Below, piece after piece: positions 1 through 13,847 of a stretch of DNA of 64,000 nt. The position numbers were made by a program, and so were the translations under genes. Under the pieces are notes generated by a model. That model did not search any database, had not been told where the DNA came from, and worked only from the letters and a program-made list of their open reading frames with translations. The DNA is from Oculina patagonica (lineage: Eukaryota), in the NCBI RefSeq assembly GCF_052425735.1, contig NC_135759.1, positions 31,310,001 to 31,374,000 of the forward strand, written 5' to 3'. Every line of letters begins with the position of its first letter. Position 1 is the stretch's first letter.

Positions 1-92
1 CATGGTGTGGTATGACATGGCAAGGCATGGCAGGGTATGACACGGCATAATATTCCTAAAACGAGACAATAAATGCAATGAAATTCACTCAC

Positions 93-677
93 CATAACAC
101 GAGGCCTCCCGAATATTTTCTACCATAGCATTTACTTCCGAAAACGACTGTGAAGAGACCACATGATCAGCGTCAGGATCACTGGCGATAACATTCAGCT
201 CATTTGTGTTTATTCTTGGACCAATTCCTATAACAAAGATGCTAACTCCCTCACGCCGAAGCACCTTAGAAGGCTCGATGACGGAGGCCGTCCCTTTGCC
301 CGCTCTTCCGTCAGTAAGAAGAACAAGCACTCTCGGAACACCCAATTCTATAGGTCTGACACCGTTATCAGGGTTATCAAACAGGTTTGTATGGGCCTCC
401 AAGAGGGCTAAGTCAGTGCGTGTACCACCACCCGCTTCGTATGGTATCGCTCCAATTGCATTAAGGACGTCTTGCTTCTTGACATAAGTGTTAAAACTAA
501 ACACTATCTTTGAGACATGGTGGTATATGATGAGAGCCACTCGAGTGCCATGAGGATATCCAATGTTGAAATATTCGCAAACCCTTATGACGAACTGGAG
601 TCCAAGTTGAAAGTTTTTTGCCTTGACGCTCATAGAAGAATCCAATACGAAGACCAGGTCGATTGGATTTTGACAAT
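93..677 (-). other. VWA domain exon of gene A
   Basis: DLVFVLDSSMS (MIDAS DxSxS), GGTRT, VLVLLTDG, IFVIGIG. Symmetric phase-1 exon. Confidence 0.95.
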
Positions 678-3557
678 CTGTGGGAACATGGAAGGTGGTA
701 AGTGAGCCTTATTTTAGCCAACTGCTCGGACTGACTTATATTCACTATAAATTGTACAACGTCTTCTAAGAATCGACGAGCCGGAGGAACACTGAGTTGC
801 AGAGCAGTTTGTCTCAAGAAGTTATAGTTGCATGTGCAATGTGCTGAAAGTATACGCTGTTTCTAAATGTCGCACATGTCAGTTGCGACTGCTATCAAAA
901 TTTAATGTTAAATATAATTCATTACCAAGACAGCATGTGATTGGTAAAGATCCAGGACATCCTGCTGCAGAATATTCACCCTTACAGCTTGTCACCAATT
1001 TACACCTTCCTTTTCTTTTGCCAACTAAACAGCTTGGACCTTTCCCTTCTGACGGACATGGAAGTCCAAGTACCTGTTAATAACACGATTAACATACACA
1101 ATGCAGACTTGGATTAAAGATTGTGCTGATGCAAAATATATAACCGTTTTGCAGTTTATTTCGTATTTTATACTTTTGGTATACAAGTCGATAATGCTGA
1201 TATTGGGTGGCGGCACTGATAAATTTTTCAAGTTTCAGTGGCAATGGTCATGAAAAAATGGTAGCTATCTTAATGTTCCTATCTTTGCCCATTTTGTACC
1301 ACTGAGATACAAAAAATTACCACAAATTCTTGTTTTTAAGGAAAAAGAATCATTCGTGAATGTCTTAAAAAAGAAACGGTTAATTTTACCTCAAGCGTAT
1401 GTCGCCAGTATTGGAACAATTTTTCGATCCCAGCTGCACCTTGCTGAATATTGACAGATAATTGCGCGAAGCCGTATTCAGTTCCATTGCAGAAGTTCCC
1501 TAAGTTCCCAGTGGGCGAGCTGCTGTTGTCAGCTGAGCTATATCCATTCGTCCATAACCAAGCGGCAACCTTAAATCCCACGGAAGGCAACGCCACTCTC
1601 TCCGGCTGGCCTGTAAAGTGGATTATATAGGAATACTTTGTCCAAAAAGACGAACGAAAAAATTGCAAAAAGTTATCGTGGTGTCAAAAAAAAAACGCAC
1701 AGCTATAAGCCTTTTTATTGGGTTGCTGTGCGAAAGCTAGACCAATGAAAGACGAAAAATGGAGGGGTGTGTCGGTTGCTAACAATGCAGGATATGGTAG
1801 TAACATTTCGGCGAAAAGGCAAAATATTAAATAAAAGGTAACAAAGTTAGACAGACTGTTCTTAATGGTTCTATCAAGTATGCCAAACAGAGACAGGTGT
1901 CAAATAAAATCTCTTAACATTGATTTGAAGCGACGAGGAATGGACATGGTCGAAAAACAATCAGACCACGTTTAGACCGATTAGTATAGAATTATTACTG
2001 CTTACTGTTCGAAAATCCTTCTTTTCAATCGCAAATGATGTTTTATGATTCAGTTGATGAATATTTCATCGATACTTTTAGGTTTTAAAATTTAAAAGAT
2101 GCAGCCATACTCAGACCAAAAACGACACGCCTGAACAAGGTTATGCCTTTCATTGTTCTGTTTCAACCAGACAAAAAAAGATATTTAGATGGATACTTAC
2201 GGATAATTTTGCTATTGACCGAAGATTTTGCAAGACGGTACATGTGTTTTCCAACCAGAGGCAGAAATCCCCGACTGATGTATTTGCGTGCATCAGTCTT
2301 TTTAGTATTTCCCAAGTTTTCCTTTCCTATATATTCCTGTCCGTTAGAGCTCTCCTCAGAAACATTCATTCCAGTTGTTTGGTATAAGATCTGTGTGAAG
2401 ACAGAATGTGTAAGTTGTCAATTTATATGTGGTAAAAAGTAATTATCAAAGTTCAACATTATGCTTAAGTGTGCCACACGGCCTCAAACAGAGTATGACA
2501 CCACATAAACTAAATGTAACATTAGTTAACGTGGAGCATGAACCAAGCCATGCTTGTTTCTCAGAATAAAGAATAGACCTTTAAACAGAAAGGAAACTGT
2601 AATGTAAATATACGGGAACTTTGCATAGGTATTTTCGAAACCTTGCATATTTGTTTCACGACATGCAGTGGTTGATACTTGATAATGTTCATTATAAACA
2701 ATAGGAACTTATAAGGAAAAAAAGGCAACCAAAATAAACTAATAAACAGCTGAGTTCTTTTAATTAATGTAATATGGACAAATTTGGAAACGTCATGTTC
2801 TCAGCTTCATCGTGACATGTCTTTTGGAAAAACCAAAGTTATGTCTGCGCAGAAAGCAGCTATTAGATTCCATTTAAACTCACTTGGGCTGTAAATGCTG
2901 CTATTTCTTGTCTGCTCGTGATCCCAGCCTCACTCAGTGCTTGCATGTAAAATGGATATAATGCCCTTGTCCTTGTTGTATCCCCAACCATCTTTAGATA
3001 AGATTCCAGAGAAACATTGATGTTTTGCGGGATGTTGGGAACTATTGTGCTATCCAAAATACAGCAAACAGTGTTTGGGTCCGTGAGGGTTGAATTTCTT
3101 AAGGTGGCCCCTGGGCAGTCTCTAGCCTCCATGTAGTAACCACGGAAATATGGAGAGTACTTTGAGTAACACTTTAGGCAGTTCGCCTTTTCTGAAGCGA
3201 AAAAGAAGAAAACAATTTCGAGTAGCGCTTCACCTTTTATTGGCAACAACAGCACGCATTCCTAATTTCCATTTGGCTCATCGACCCGACATAAGTTTTT
3301 TGCGGAATTTAGTTTGTAAATGGCATAGTCGTCGAGAATATTGAAAATTAAAATGTTTCTTACTGTCTAGCGAACCATCGCCTAAGCATCATCTTCTCGT
3401 TTCCTTTTGCGTTTTATTATTATGTCAACCGTTTTGTGCCAGTTTTCGTCCTGTTTGTCAAATTTGAATATACCTATCATAAAACGTTAGAAATATGTCT
3501 CTAGTGCTTACCTTGCAAAAGGAACAGTACAATGAAAAGAATGGTTCTCGTCGCCAT
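93..3557 (-). CDS. Gene A (5' part; continues off the left edge): signal peptide, Cys module, GH19-like pseudo-chitinase, Cys module, VWA; tandem paralog of gene B
   Basis: Exons 3512-3557 (MATRTILFIVLFLLQ), 2884-3191, 2201-2390, 1390-1610, 926-1073, 93-677. All have GT-AG boundaries with matching phases. Exon sizes 46/308/190/221/148/585 nt match gene B (46/308/190/221/148/582). Confidence 0.9.
1390..3191 (-). other. GH19 (lysozyme-like fold) chitinase/endolysin-like domain of gene A, catalytic Glu replaced
   Basis: The spliced translation MQALSEAGITSRQEIAAFTAQ-ILYQTTGMNVSEE..GQEYIGKENLGN...DARKYISRGFLPLVG..MY...QPERVALP..GFKVAAWLW aligns by eye with the bacterial/phage GH19 pattern GIT..R.AAFLAQ.GHES..E...Y.GR.DLGN..DG..Y.GRG.IQLTG..NY...P.LVA.P...SAAWFW. 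Confidence 0.85.
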
Positions 3558-6243
3558 TTTCACCAGACAATTGCTTCAACCTTGAACTGTTTGTGAGACA
3601 TGTGAGAGAAAACCCACATAAAAGACATCTGAGAAAGTGTCCAACAAAGGTCGATTGTAAGAACGCAAACAGCAAAAGCAAACACAGACTGATATTATCT
3701 ATTTGATTTTCCCTTAAATCAAAAGACCTTGAAAGAATCATCACCTGACACTCCACTGCAATTCTTATTTTGTGACCGATCTCACCAATAAAAGTAAATA
3801 TGGCGACCATACTGATGATAACTTCAAGGCCTTTCTGCTTGAACAACAAGGCATTTTTATGGCAGACGGTTCATGCTATTAAAAAAATATGTAGCATGCA
3901 ATGTGAAAAAATACTAAAATTCAATAAAGTGGCCTCTGTCACAGCTACATACAATGCAACTCAGCGGTAAAGTTATGAAAAGTATAGTAAGAGTTTTATT
4001 TTTTAGGCTAATCCCTTGAGCCTTTAGGCAAACAAGTCATAACAATTTCTAATTTTGCTGTCTCAATCAGAGCACAGAGGGTGACGTATTTTACTGATTA
4101 ACATAACAAAGGTGTACATATTCAGTGTGGGTGAATTTAAGATAGATTAAAATTCTAACTTGGCTCCGAGGCTTGGGGAAAAAACCCAAAAGATATCACG
4201 TCGAGGTTCAGGGATGAACAAATCATTTCTTTTGTTTTATTCCCCCAAGCCTCGCATCCAAGTTAGAATATTTATATATCGGAATTGGCCTATTCCTGCT
4301 ACGCTTCAAATATTAAACGAGCCTTGAGTATGTTGTTGAGTTTCTTGCATACTTTCTCAAACAGTGTTAGGTGTGTCGATTCTTTTCCCTACATTGTGCA
4401 GGGATTGTGTAGGACCGCCATTCAGCAGTTGTTTATCCTCTGCCATTTCTCCTACATACCTGTGGCTGTATGTAACTTTTCCAATATAAATTGGTAATCA
4501 CAGTTATTAAAGATACTAGTGAGTGAAACATTGCAAAAACTTACTTAAACTTTCATTTTACTGTTTAAATTCAGTTTCTAGGAGAGCTTCCACTGCTTGA
4601 AATGTTGTTTTTTTTTTAACCTCCATTTGTAGGTTTGGGTAGCTGTGGAGCGTACATTTTCAGTCCAGCTACAGACAAGCCATCTGTCAGAACAATGTGA
4701 TAGTATCGCAATACCATAAGTTCGAATGTATCCACAGTTCGCCTCGGATTTTTTCGATAAAACGGAGTTGCTCTGTTACCGCGATAGTTCCATTAATTTA
4801 AAGCTTACACGCTCTGACAATGGAAATGACCTAAGTTTCCAAGACTACAAATGTTACTCTGATATTAAAGTAAGTCAAAATAATAATTTATTCTAAATTA
4901 TACAACTACAGAAAGGTTTCTACGATCTTATAAACAAGATTGTGGTTATGATCCCTTATCTCGCCTTAACTAGAGAAATTAGCAAACGTTTTTAGTACCA
5001 GTCGAGAGAGGGTGGCATAGCCATCGCCTATAAATACTTAGTGCAGTTCCGAATTTCCAGTAAACACAACCAACATTCGATGACTAAAGAATCACATTTC
5101 AAAGCCACATATCGCATGTGAAGTCATGAAATATATACCTAGTCTGGACGTTAATCAGATAAGTCAATATTACCTGGATATTGCAGCCGATGTTTGGTCA
5201 ATTCTTTCCGCCTAAATCCGTTTGCAACGCGTCGAACATAATGGCGTGGGCATATGAAATGGTTTAAAACACTCTACTATGGACACGGAGATGTTAATAT
5301 GGTTTCTTTGGATTTTATTGAAATTCAGGCTGTCATTAGGGGCAGTCTGCATTAAGTGCATTGAAAACGCTTCAAAACATAACTCCCATGGGCGACCTAC
5401 AATAGTCACCTTCATCAGATATTGGTTTTGCTCTGGTAATTAGCTGTTTTGTTTTTGTGTTGAAGGAAACAAAACATTCTCTTTATGCGTTTGATGGCAA
5501 ATCAATGGGCAAATATAAAATATTGTTTTTAAGGTGCGATTTGCTGTCATGATTAAAATATCGTACGTCAACGATAGTAAAGTGGAATTATTTTCTTATC
5601 CTTATGCTCCAGTCAGAGGAGCGAAGAGGATGAGTGAGTGAGTGATTTTCTTATTAGAGCTTTAAATTTGGCTAGCCATTTTTTTAGACAAAAAATTCGC
5701 AAGGAAAGCGACTTTTCCATTTATTTAATATAGAATTGTTTTGGGATATTAATTATCAGTAATGACCTTAGTTTTCCACGAGACAATTCACGAGACCTAC
5801 ATGGAGTAGGATATCATAAGCCATCCATATACCAGGTCGACTACAGCAAAAAAAAAAAACCCTTTAATTAAATCAGTGTTAGATCAGTGTTAGATCATAT
5901 GGCTGACTCATTTTTGCTATTCATTTTAATACATTTGAGATGTCCCGAAACAGGAACCAAATATCTGCGCTTAAGACGTTAGGTTGACATTATTTTTAGA
6001 TGAGTTTAAGTAAAACGACATTCAATAAAGCCTTATATTTGCCATGCGTACGTAAATCTCACGGACATTTCACCTGATAAAATTAAATAGCTCTTATGTG
6101 ATAAACGTTTTATTTTTCCAGTCGTTAAAGTCGTAAAATGTCCAAAACTTTGCAGTGAAACCACTCGCCTAACGGCTCGTGGTTCAACTTGAGTTTTGAA
6201 CATTTTCTTTCTGACGTCATTTCTATGGTTTATTTAACAATTA

Positions 6244-6860
6244 CAGTAAAAACCCGCGTGTAAGAACCTACTTTTTTCAGAGTTTGGCAAAACAGGTTCT
6301 TGTATTATGGGGTACTTATTGACAGTTTAGGCTAAGTAGGTTCTTAATCAGGTTCTTAATTTCTACAGAGTAGACATTATGTAATGTATATGAAATGATT
6401 CATATATGAACTGCGGATTATATGAAAGTGATAAATGATCATCGCAGTGAATTTCCAATTTAAGCAATTGGAAATAAAGAAGCCTGAATTTTTTTCAGGC
6501 TTCTTTATTTCCAATTGCTTAAATTGGAAATTCACTGCGATGATCATTTATCACTTTCAGAGTAGACATTGTTGTTGATTATCAGAAAATAGTATAAAAT
6601 CTGGTCTGTTCTTCATTATAAATATTTATTAATGTACCCATGTTGCCAAAAGTCCAACAACATACTGTATATACCCCGGTAACATCACCTTTCTGGTTTT
6701 TGGTAAAAAAAATATATAAATTAAATAGTTAAACCCTACATTTAAGAACCTGTTGGAATTTGTTTGGCTAAACAGGTTCTTATATTTTGGGGTATTAAAA
6801 AAGCAAATTTCTGCCAGAAGGTTCTTAAATCCCTAGGTTCTTACACGCGGGTTTTTACTG
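6244..6860. mobile_element. Tc1/mariner (pogo/Tigger-like) MITE
   Basis: TIR CAGTAAAAACCCGCGTGTAAGAACCTA and its reverse complement; TA on both flanks. Confidence 0.9.
6379..6557. mobile_element. Short hairpin insertion nested in the MITE
   Basis: Perfect inverted arms of about 65 bp (about 6423-6559). 13-bp TSD CAGAGTAGACATT at 6366-6378 and 6558-6570. Confidence 0.85.
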
Positions 6861-8348
6861 TATTCCACGAGCGCGCGTTGGATATGAGATGGTAGATAGC
6901 CAACGAGGCGCGACGCGGCGAATTGGCTTTATCGATCTCGTATCCAACAAGCGCGAGTGGAACAATTATTTTATTAAAAACGCCCTAAGAATTGCAATAT
7001 TCGAGCTTCCCAGCTGTTTTCGTTGGCGCTTATCGGCTACAGGAGCTCCTGTCGGTTACCGTTTTTGTGGTCAATGGTATATGAGCTCTTACAACCCACC
7101 CATTAACTTTTGCGCGCGTTCATTGACAAAACGCATCACGTGGTACAAAATCGGACGACGGATATCAGCGAAAATACCCCGTCCGATTTGATATCCGTCG
7201 CCCGATTTTGTAGGCAGTCACAAAACAAACGAATGAAGTCACCTTATTCAATTCTAACTTTTAATAAAATCACAGAGTTAAAAATCACGTAAACCAATCA
7301 ACTTACATTTGTTTCAACCACAGTTAAGTCGGGTTTATAACGTAGGGGTTTTCCTATAAATTTACTGGCGTCGAAGCGCGTTGTAGAAATAAATCGGAGG
7401 GTTATAAAATAAATAAACCCCTTTCTGGCTTGCTGGTATATTGGAGGATAATGCCCGAGGCCGAAAGATTGTCGAAAAATGAACAGTTGGCCGAGAAGCG
7501 AAGCACTTTTAAAACAAGTACTCATAGCCTCAGCATGCTCTGTCGGTGATATTTTTAAAAATATATCACTTGTAATATTTTAAACTGTATTTCTTTCATA
7601 AATTGTACTTGTCTTATGGCTTACGAAATTATGTAGTCATCCACGACCAAACCACGTAAACTTTTGTGAGATTTATTTATAAATACATAATTAATTTTCA
7701 GAATTATCATTTAATGATATCATTTCTCGGCCCTGCCTTCTTCATTTTGTAAGTTTGTTTTGTGGGTCTTATTTTGGAACAAAAAAAGTTCTAATAAAGA
7801 TCTCAGTGATGGAGTGATTTGCGTTCATCGCACGGGGTATCGCCCAATATGGGCGTATTTCCAGCCTTCTGAAGATTGGCTTAGTGCGTTTTTCAAAGTG
7901 ACCTTTCCAGCGCTGTTGGTATTTCTCCGTTGTTATCAAGACATTTTAAAGTCTTCATTTGCATGTAATTGCAGTTAATTTGCCTCCTCAGTGATTCCAC
8001 ACCTATTCCAAGAAGGGGAGAAGGAACTAAGACAATAAGCGACGTTTCATTCTGGAAAGAGACACAAATGACTCAATAACAACGTTATACAGTCAAATAG
8101 TTGATTCGCTGGCCATTTTAAGCGCCCCTGTTGCACATAGCTAGTATCGTTTGGTACTAGTAATGCTCATCCTTCCAGGGACCAAATTCCGCTGAGCACA
8201 TGATACTTGGTTGATTTGGGGAAAGGCTGCTCTCCGGATTATCTATTTTGAGCCGTTGGCCACATCATGTATCCGTTAACTTCGGCTTGCAGAAGTTATC
8301 ACTTAAAAAAAAAAACAAACACTGAAAATGGCTTCAAGGAAATAGATG

Positions 8349-10849
8349 TCAGGGCTTGGTTGGCATTTTCCCCTTTGCTGTTTTTTTTCTGCTCACTGGT
8401 TTTTGGTTCTTCTTCGGAGTGGTGTTGGGAACTACTGTTCGCTGTGGGGTCCTGGGGCGGACGTTGGGTGGCGGAGAGCTGAAAGCTAGATAGATAAAGA
8501 AAAGAATTTAGTTTCATATTTAAATAAATGGTGTGGGTAGTTTGGTCATATAATGAGCATAAGTAGTTACAAGTTATTTTTTCTGTAATTTCTCGTATAT
8601 ATAAATCTTGTATTAAATCCACAGCACCTAGATCACTTCCGAGACGTTCCTGTTTTCTGTTTTCTTCAAGAGCAACCTCATGGTAATTCGATAAAGTGCC
8701 GACCTTCGTATGTTTTTTTTTCAAATAAGGGTCCAATAATGTAAAACTCTCACTTCATTTGCCTTCGAATGGTTTATTTCCCTTCCATTTCCCTGCCTGC
8801 GCGCAAAACAAAAATTAAAAAAAATAAAAAATAAAAAAGTTGTGACGGCGTCGTATTGATCTTTGAGTATTATATTAACACGAGCTGAACCTGATTCTGG
8901 CTAATCAGTTTGTTTTCCTATAAGATATTCTGATGATAAAAGAGAAACTTTCTTCACAATAATTGACGATAGTTTAATCATTTAGCTTGCTTGGTAGATA
9001 TGTAGTCATGAATTGTCAGCCGTCTTCTCACCCTGACCAGACTTTCCCACAAAACATTACATTATTTCTTTAAGTGGGTGAGCAACACATGCTTATACTA
9101 CTGTAGGACTGTTCAAACTAGTTAAGAGGAAATCCGCCAGGACTTCGAGTAGTTATTGGACAAAATTATGTACCAAAACTATTTACACCTGATTGCAAGC
9201 TTTTGTGTTACTGCTTCAAATATCTTATCGAAAGAAATCTTTTCTAACAACACCAAACATCGAAAACAAATTTCGAAGTTCCACTGAATTCCCATGAATC
9301 GCTTAAAAGATGTGAGCTTTTGCCTATAGCTTGTGAACTTTGAATATCATTTTCTCAGACTCTGATAAGAAATTGTTGTACCAGAATTATTTCCACCTTA
9401 TTGCAAATTTTTTTTGTTACTGCTTCAAATATCTTATCAAAAGAAAACTTTTCTAACAACACCAAACATCGAAAACAAATTTCGAAGTTCCACTAAATTC
9501 CACTGAATCGCTTAAGACGAATTTCCAAAATGGCTACACCTGAGATTTTGCTTATACCTTGTGAACTTTGAAATTCATTTTCTCAGACTCTGATAAGAAA
9601 TTGTTGTTGGTGTTATCACGGATAATTACTTAAATCTTTACCTTTTATTAAGGATAGGAAATAACGCAATAGGATTTAAATTATTCTGGTACTTGATTTT
9701 TGTCCAACTTTAATAAATATTACTCGACTTCCTAGTGGATTCCGTCTTAACCTTACCTGCTACAGGAAGATTATCTTTGAATTCCAGTTGCACTGTCTTC
9801 TTGTCCCAGGGTGTAGTTCGTGACTGCTGAGCACTTGGTGATGGTGACCGCAGGCCTTTATCTTTTTGTGAAGGTGAAGCGCCCACGGTCTTTCGTTTAG
9901 TGGTTGGATCCTCTTGGATCGATTTTAGGAATTTCTATAAAGAAGAAAAGGAAAAAAAACATATTTGAGCAACTTCAAATCCATGTGCGATTTCTATGAG
10001 AAAAAAATGCTGATGTCTGTTGATAATTTTGGGGTGCATTTAAAGAATTTTAAATTTCTCCATTTAATTCCAGCTTCTTAGTATACGACTTTATACTTTT
10101 TTATTTCCTGCACGGTGCCCCGGGTACAGTGAACATAAGATATTATTAAACGTACGTAGTATTAACTATACATCTAACCGAAAACTTTTATGTTATACCA
10201 GCGACTATATATCTTGTGATAAAACAATGCGAATTAAGGGTGTGGTCCATTTCGTCGGATAAGGATCTGTCACTCATTAAATAAGATTTAAGCAAAGTAT
10301 TCTTTTTTTAGATTATCTACGAAAAACTAATTCATGGGTATTTTAAATCTATCATATACTTTTAACTTAACTGTCACAGCTTAACGAGTGATAAAAGAGC
10401 CGTTGGTATTTTCTTGCAGTAGACAAACAGGCGTAGCCAAGTTGCATATTATATTAGATACCCATTTCTTAACTCTTGTAGTTCACCTGTGGGGGTCCTT
10501 GAGGGGTTATCTTACGTCTTGGCACTGCCCCTTTAGAAGGCGGATTTGTCTTTTTTTGTTGCTCGATAGGAGGAAGCTTTGTAGGTCTTGCATTGGACTT
10601 TATGCCAGCCAAACCAAGTTTTCGGTGTGGTGCTGTCTGAACGTCAGATTTAATTGAAGTTACGTTCTCTGTGTTTCTCGTTTTGCTGTTGGCAGCTATC
10701 GAGGAAGCTGCCATCTTTGCTTCGGCCACTGTCTGAACGGTATTCGCAATAGCCTGATCGTTTTGGTTCCCTTCTTTGCTCTCCTTCTTGTCTTTCGTGT
10801 TATTTTTTGTAGCTTTATTTTTGCTTTTTCCCTTCTTTTTGTCTTTGTC
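8349..10849 (-). CDS. Three exons encoding a Lys/Pro/Ser-rich disordered region; most likely the cytoplasmic tail of gene B
   Basis: Exons 10487-10849 (DKDKKKGKSK...QGPPQ), 9757-9934 and 8349-8485 (...MPTKP*) have good splice sites and consistent phases. The phase-0 start matches the donor after EDEE at 16371. I saw no independent start codon. Confidence 0.6.
9146..9608. repeat. Tandem duplication (about 270-bp period) inside a decayed repeat
   Basis: TGTTACTGCTTCAAATATCTTATC...CTCTGATAAGAAATTGTTG starts at about 9146 and about 9416. Related inverted sequence lies at about 15070-15190. Confidence 0.8.
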
Positions 10850-11266
10850 CTATATTGAAACACATAGGGCATTAATAAAAAAATTCATCTGCATAGACAT
10901 GCCATGGGAATGTAACGGAACTTGTTGATTTTTGTCTTGCTTCAAGTTTAGGTCGAGCTCAATCAAATTTCTATCCATAGGTGGCAGAGCTTGGCAGCAA
11001 GTATGATTATTAATCGGGCGTGGCCGATTTAAGGTTTACCCTTTGGTCGTCCTAGAGCGTAGTCTCCTGGCGCGGCCAAAAAGACGGGGATAGCTCAGGG
11101 TTGCTACAAAACCGCTACGGGTGACGCATACCGCAATGGTTTTCATTTTAGTTTTGACAGGAAATCGTTGCAGGCACACTTGGTCGACTTTTGGGTTAAT
11201 GTGTAATCAGGTTGTGTTTTTTTGCTTCGGCGGAAGGACAGAGAAAAAAGCTTACGGGGCAAAGTA

Positions 11267-12286
11267 CAGTATGGGGCCCAGTTCTCGGCCACTTTTGACG
11301 TAAACTTGTATTTCTTACCTCAGAAGAACCGCAGGAACTTGAAATTTCTCCCAGAGCTAGCTACATTATTCAGCTTTTTGGTGTAAAGCTATCGACCGGT
11401 CAAAAATTAATTTGCCCGAGCAATAATAAAAATAAAAGCTCCATTTGTGGGCCCAGTTCTCGGCCACCTTGTGCGTAATTATCTGTAAAAAAATGCTCAA
11501 TTAATTTTCACAGTCATAAAATCACTCTGTAAACCTATTTATACTTTATCGATCCCAAATTATTTTTATGATGCTTTGTTTTACTTTAGAAAAGAAGGAT
11601 TTTAACGCGCCTAGTTGCCTATGTGCAGGTTCTGGCAAAACCGCATTGTGTGACCCGTGCATTTAGATGGTTTATTTTGCAGTGAAAAGGTCTTGAAAGA
11701 TTTAGGTGTTGTAGAAATAATAGACAAGACAAGAGTCAGCTCAAAACTTAGAGATAAGATTGAACTTTATTTTTAAAACATTTATTTCTTTCATTCTGGC
11801 AGCAGCAGATGAAATTATATTAAAAACCAAGCGCTAAGCTGTGATAGCGAGCAGGGTGGCCGAGAACTGGCAAATACGCAAACGTCGCAAGAAAAAATTT
11901 CGAAGTAAATTAAGACCAAAAAATACAACGGTTCAACGAAAAGTTAACTAAAGCAGAAAGCTGAATTATTCTACGTTTCACATGCCAAAAATTAGCTCGT
12001 ATGGTGGGGGCTTTTGGATAAAATACGAATTTAACTACATCCATGAATTTGGAGCCGTAAACAAACAACTTTTTCGGGAATGCAAATTCACCTACCTCCG
12101 CGTAAACTCGACGTGTGAGCTTTCTATATCGAATTGAACGATCAAACTGAAGATACTTAAAGCTCATGAATCAGTCTATCGTTTGAAGGAAATACCTTTT
12201 TCTTTTGATTCAACTTGAGTATGAAAAACGCGTTAAACACAAAGTGGCCGAGAACTGGACCCGGCCGAGAACTGGGCCCCATTCTG
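11267..12286. mobile_element. TA-flanked MITE (Tc1/mariner-like) with subterminal repeats
   Basis: TIR CAG(T/A)ATGGGGCCCAGTTCTCGGCC, TA TSD, internal copies of CCAGTTCTCGGCC at both ends. Confidence 0.9.
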
Positions 12287-13847
12287 TACTGATATTCACC
12301 ATTGTGAAATTGCACTTACTTTGACAAGTAAAAGTTATTTTTGTAAATGAAAAAGGTAACGTCATTGATGTCACGCAGTGTTTTTTTTAGCAAACTAGAT
12401 GGTTTGCTGGTTTCTGACTATGAATGGGGGTGTGATCTTGCGGTATATTTTTTGAGCCTGACTCCGCCGTAAAACTTTTTTTTTATTTAGCAAGAACTGT
12501 GTCGATTTTCATTTCTGAACAATTGGTCGTCAAGTCGTTTGTCACAAAGAGTAGAATGTTTGTACAGCATGTTTTGGAATTATTTTAGATTCGGTTAGTA
12601 AGACGCTTCTGAAGACCTGAGCAAAACATTGGGAATGTACAGTATTAATAGGAACTTGAATGGAATTTTTCACAAGTTGGATAAAGGTATCAACTGAAAA
12701 AAATGGAATTCAAAATGAGGCTTGGATTTTGTTGTAATTAAATTTTATCGCGGATTGGATGCATAATATCACGGCTTTGAAAGTCTTCAAATAATTAGAA
12801 AGGTTCCTTTCTTCCTTTTGATCTTATTTTTATTTTCATGTATTGATTATTCGAAAGTGGTTTTCGTTGATACGAAAAAAAAACGGGTTTTCACTGAATT
12901 GCTTGAAGTATTTTTAGACGTGATAATATTGGCTTAATCAAATTACATTGTGCACGAAATATTTGTTATTCTTTTGTCTTGAAACTTTGAGGAAATTGAA
13001 ATTTTTGTTTGACAGTAGTGTATGAAAGGCATTTTATAGAACTGAATAAAAAATAAGAAACATTGATGAAGGTTATTTCAAAGATTTATTTTGCCTGATT
13101 TTGAAGGGTTTCAGGAGTTTTAAAGAGTGCTGGTAAACGGCTGTATGTTGTTTGTGATTACGGATCTTATTTAGTTTCGAACGCTCTAATTTTTGAAAGG
13201 TTAAAACAGGTTAAAACCGGGCGGTTTCATGAGTTTTTTGGGTAGAAAGGTACGGTGGTGGTAAAAAAAAATGTTTAGAAAGGAATGACTGTAGTAGCAC
13301 GTAAGTCGGAGGTTTGCGTGAGTCACGGGGTATAGTATGCGTGAGCTGGATTTCCGGCGTCATAACGGCATGTTTTGTTTACTGAAAGATACACTCGACG
13401 TTTAGTTAGCTTAGTCGGCTTGGGAAACTATTTTAAAAATGAATGTTGTAATAGTTAATTAATAGTAATCTAGAATTAACCCACTCTCGATTGGAGTCTG
13501 TTCTGGATTCGCGCTACCTTTTCGCCGCGAAGGAATTTTGTAAAATTTCGCTAGTGGAAAGAGGTACTGTAAGAACAGTATCAATAACTCAAAAGGAGGA
13601 ACTTCTTTGTAGCTCTGAATTAAGACGTATGATAAAATTTTAGAATAAGAAACTTTCGATATATGGTTTTCATATTGTTTTTGTCAATTTCCTTTTGTGG
13701 CAGATTTTTTGAGAATCAGCTTTTCTTTCGTGTGATGAAAGACACAGGACAGAACGAGAGGTGGATGAGAAAGATGCCGAAGATGAATAGGCACCGAAAA
13801 ACGACAAGAACCGTCAAGGACTTATCTTTAGAGGGCGGGGAGTTTTG

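Noticed and set aside
1390-3191. Bacterial or phage contamination as the source of the GH19 sequence
   Set aside because: The domain is split by canonical introns, duplicated, and embedded among host transposons and metazoan domains.
3508-3849. ORF-track proteins 3508-3849 and 32314-32550
   Set aside because: Wrong frame; the real coding part is the 46-nt signal-peptide exon in another frame.
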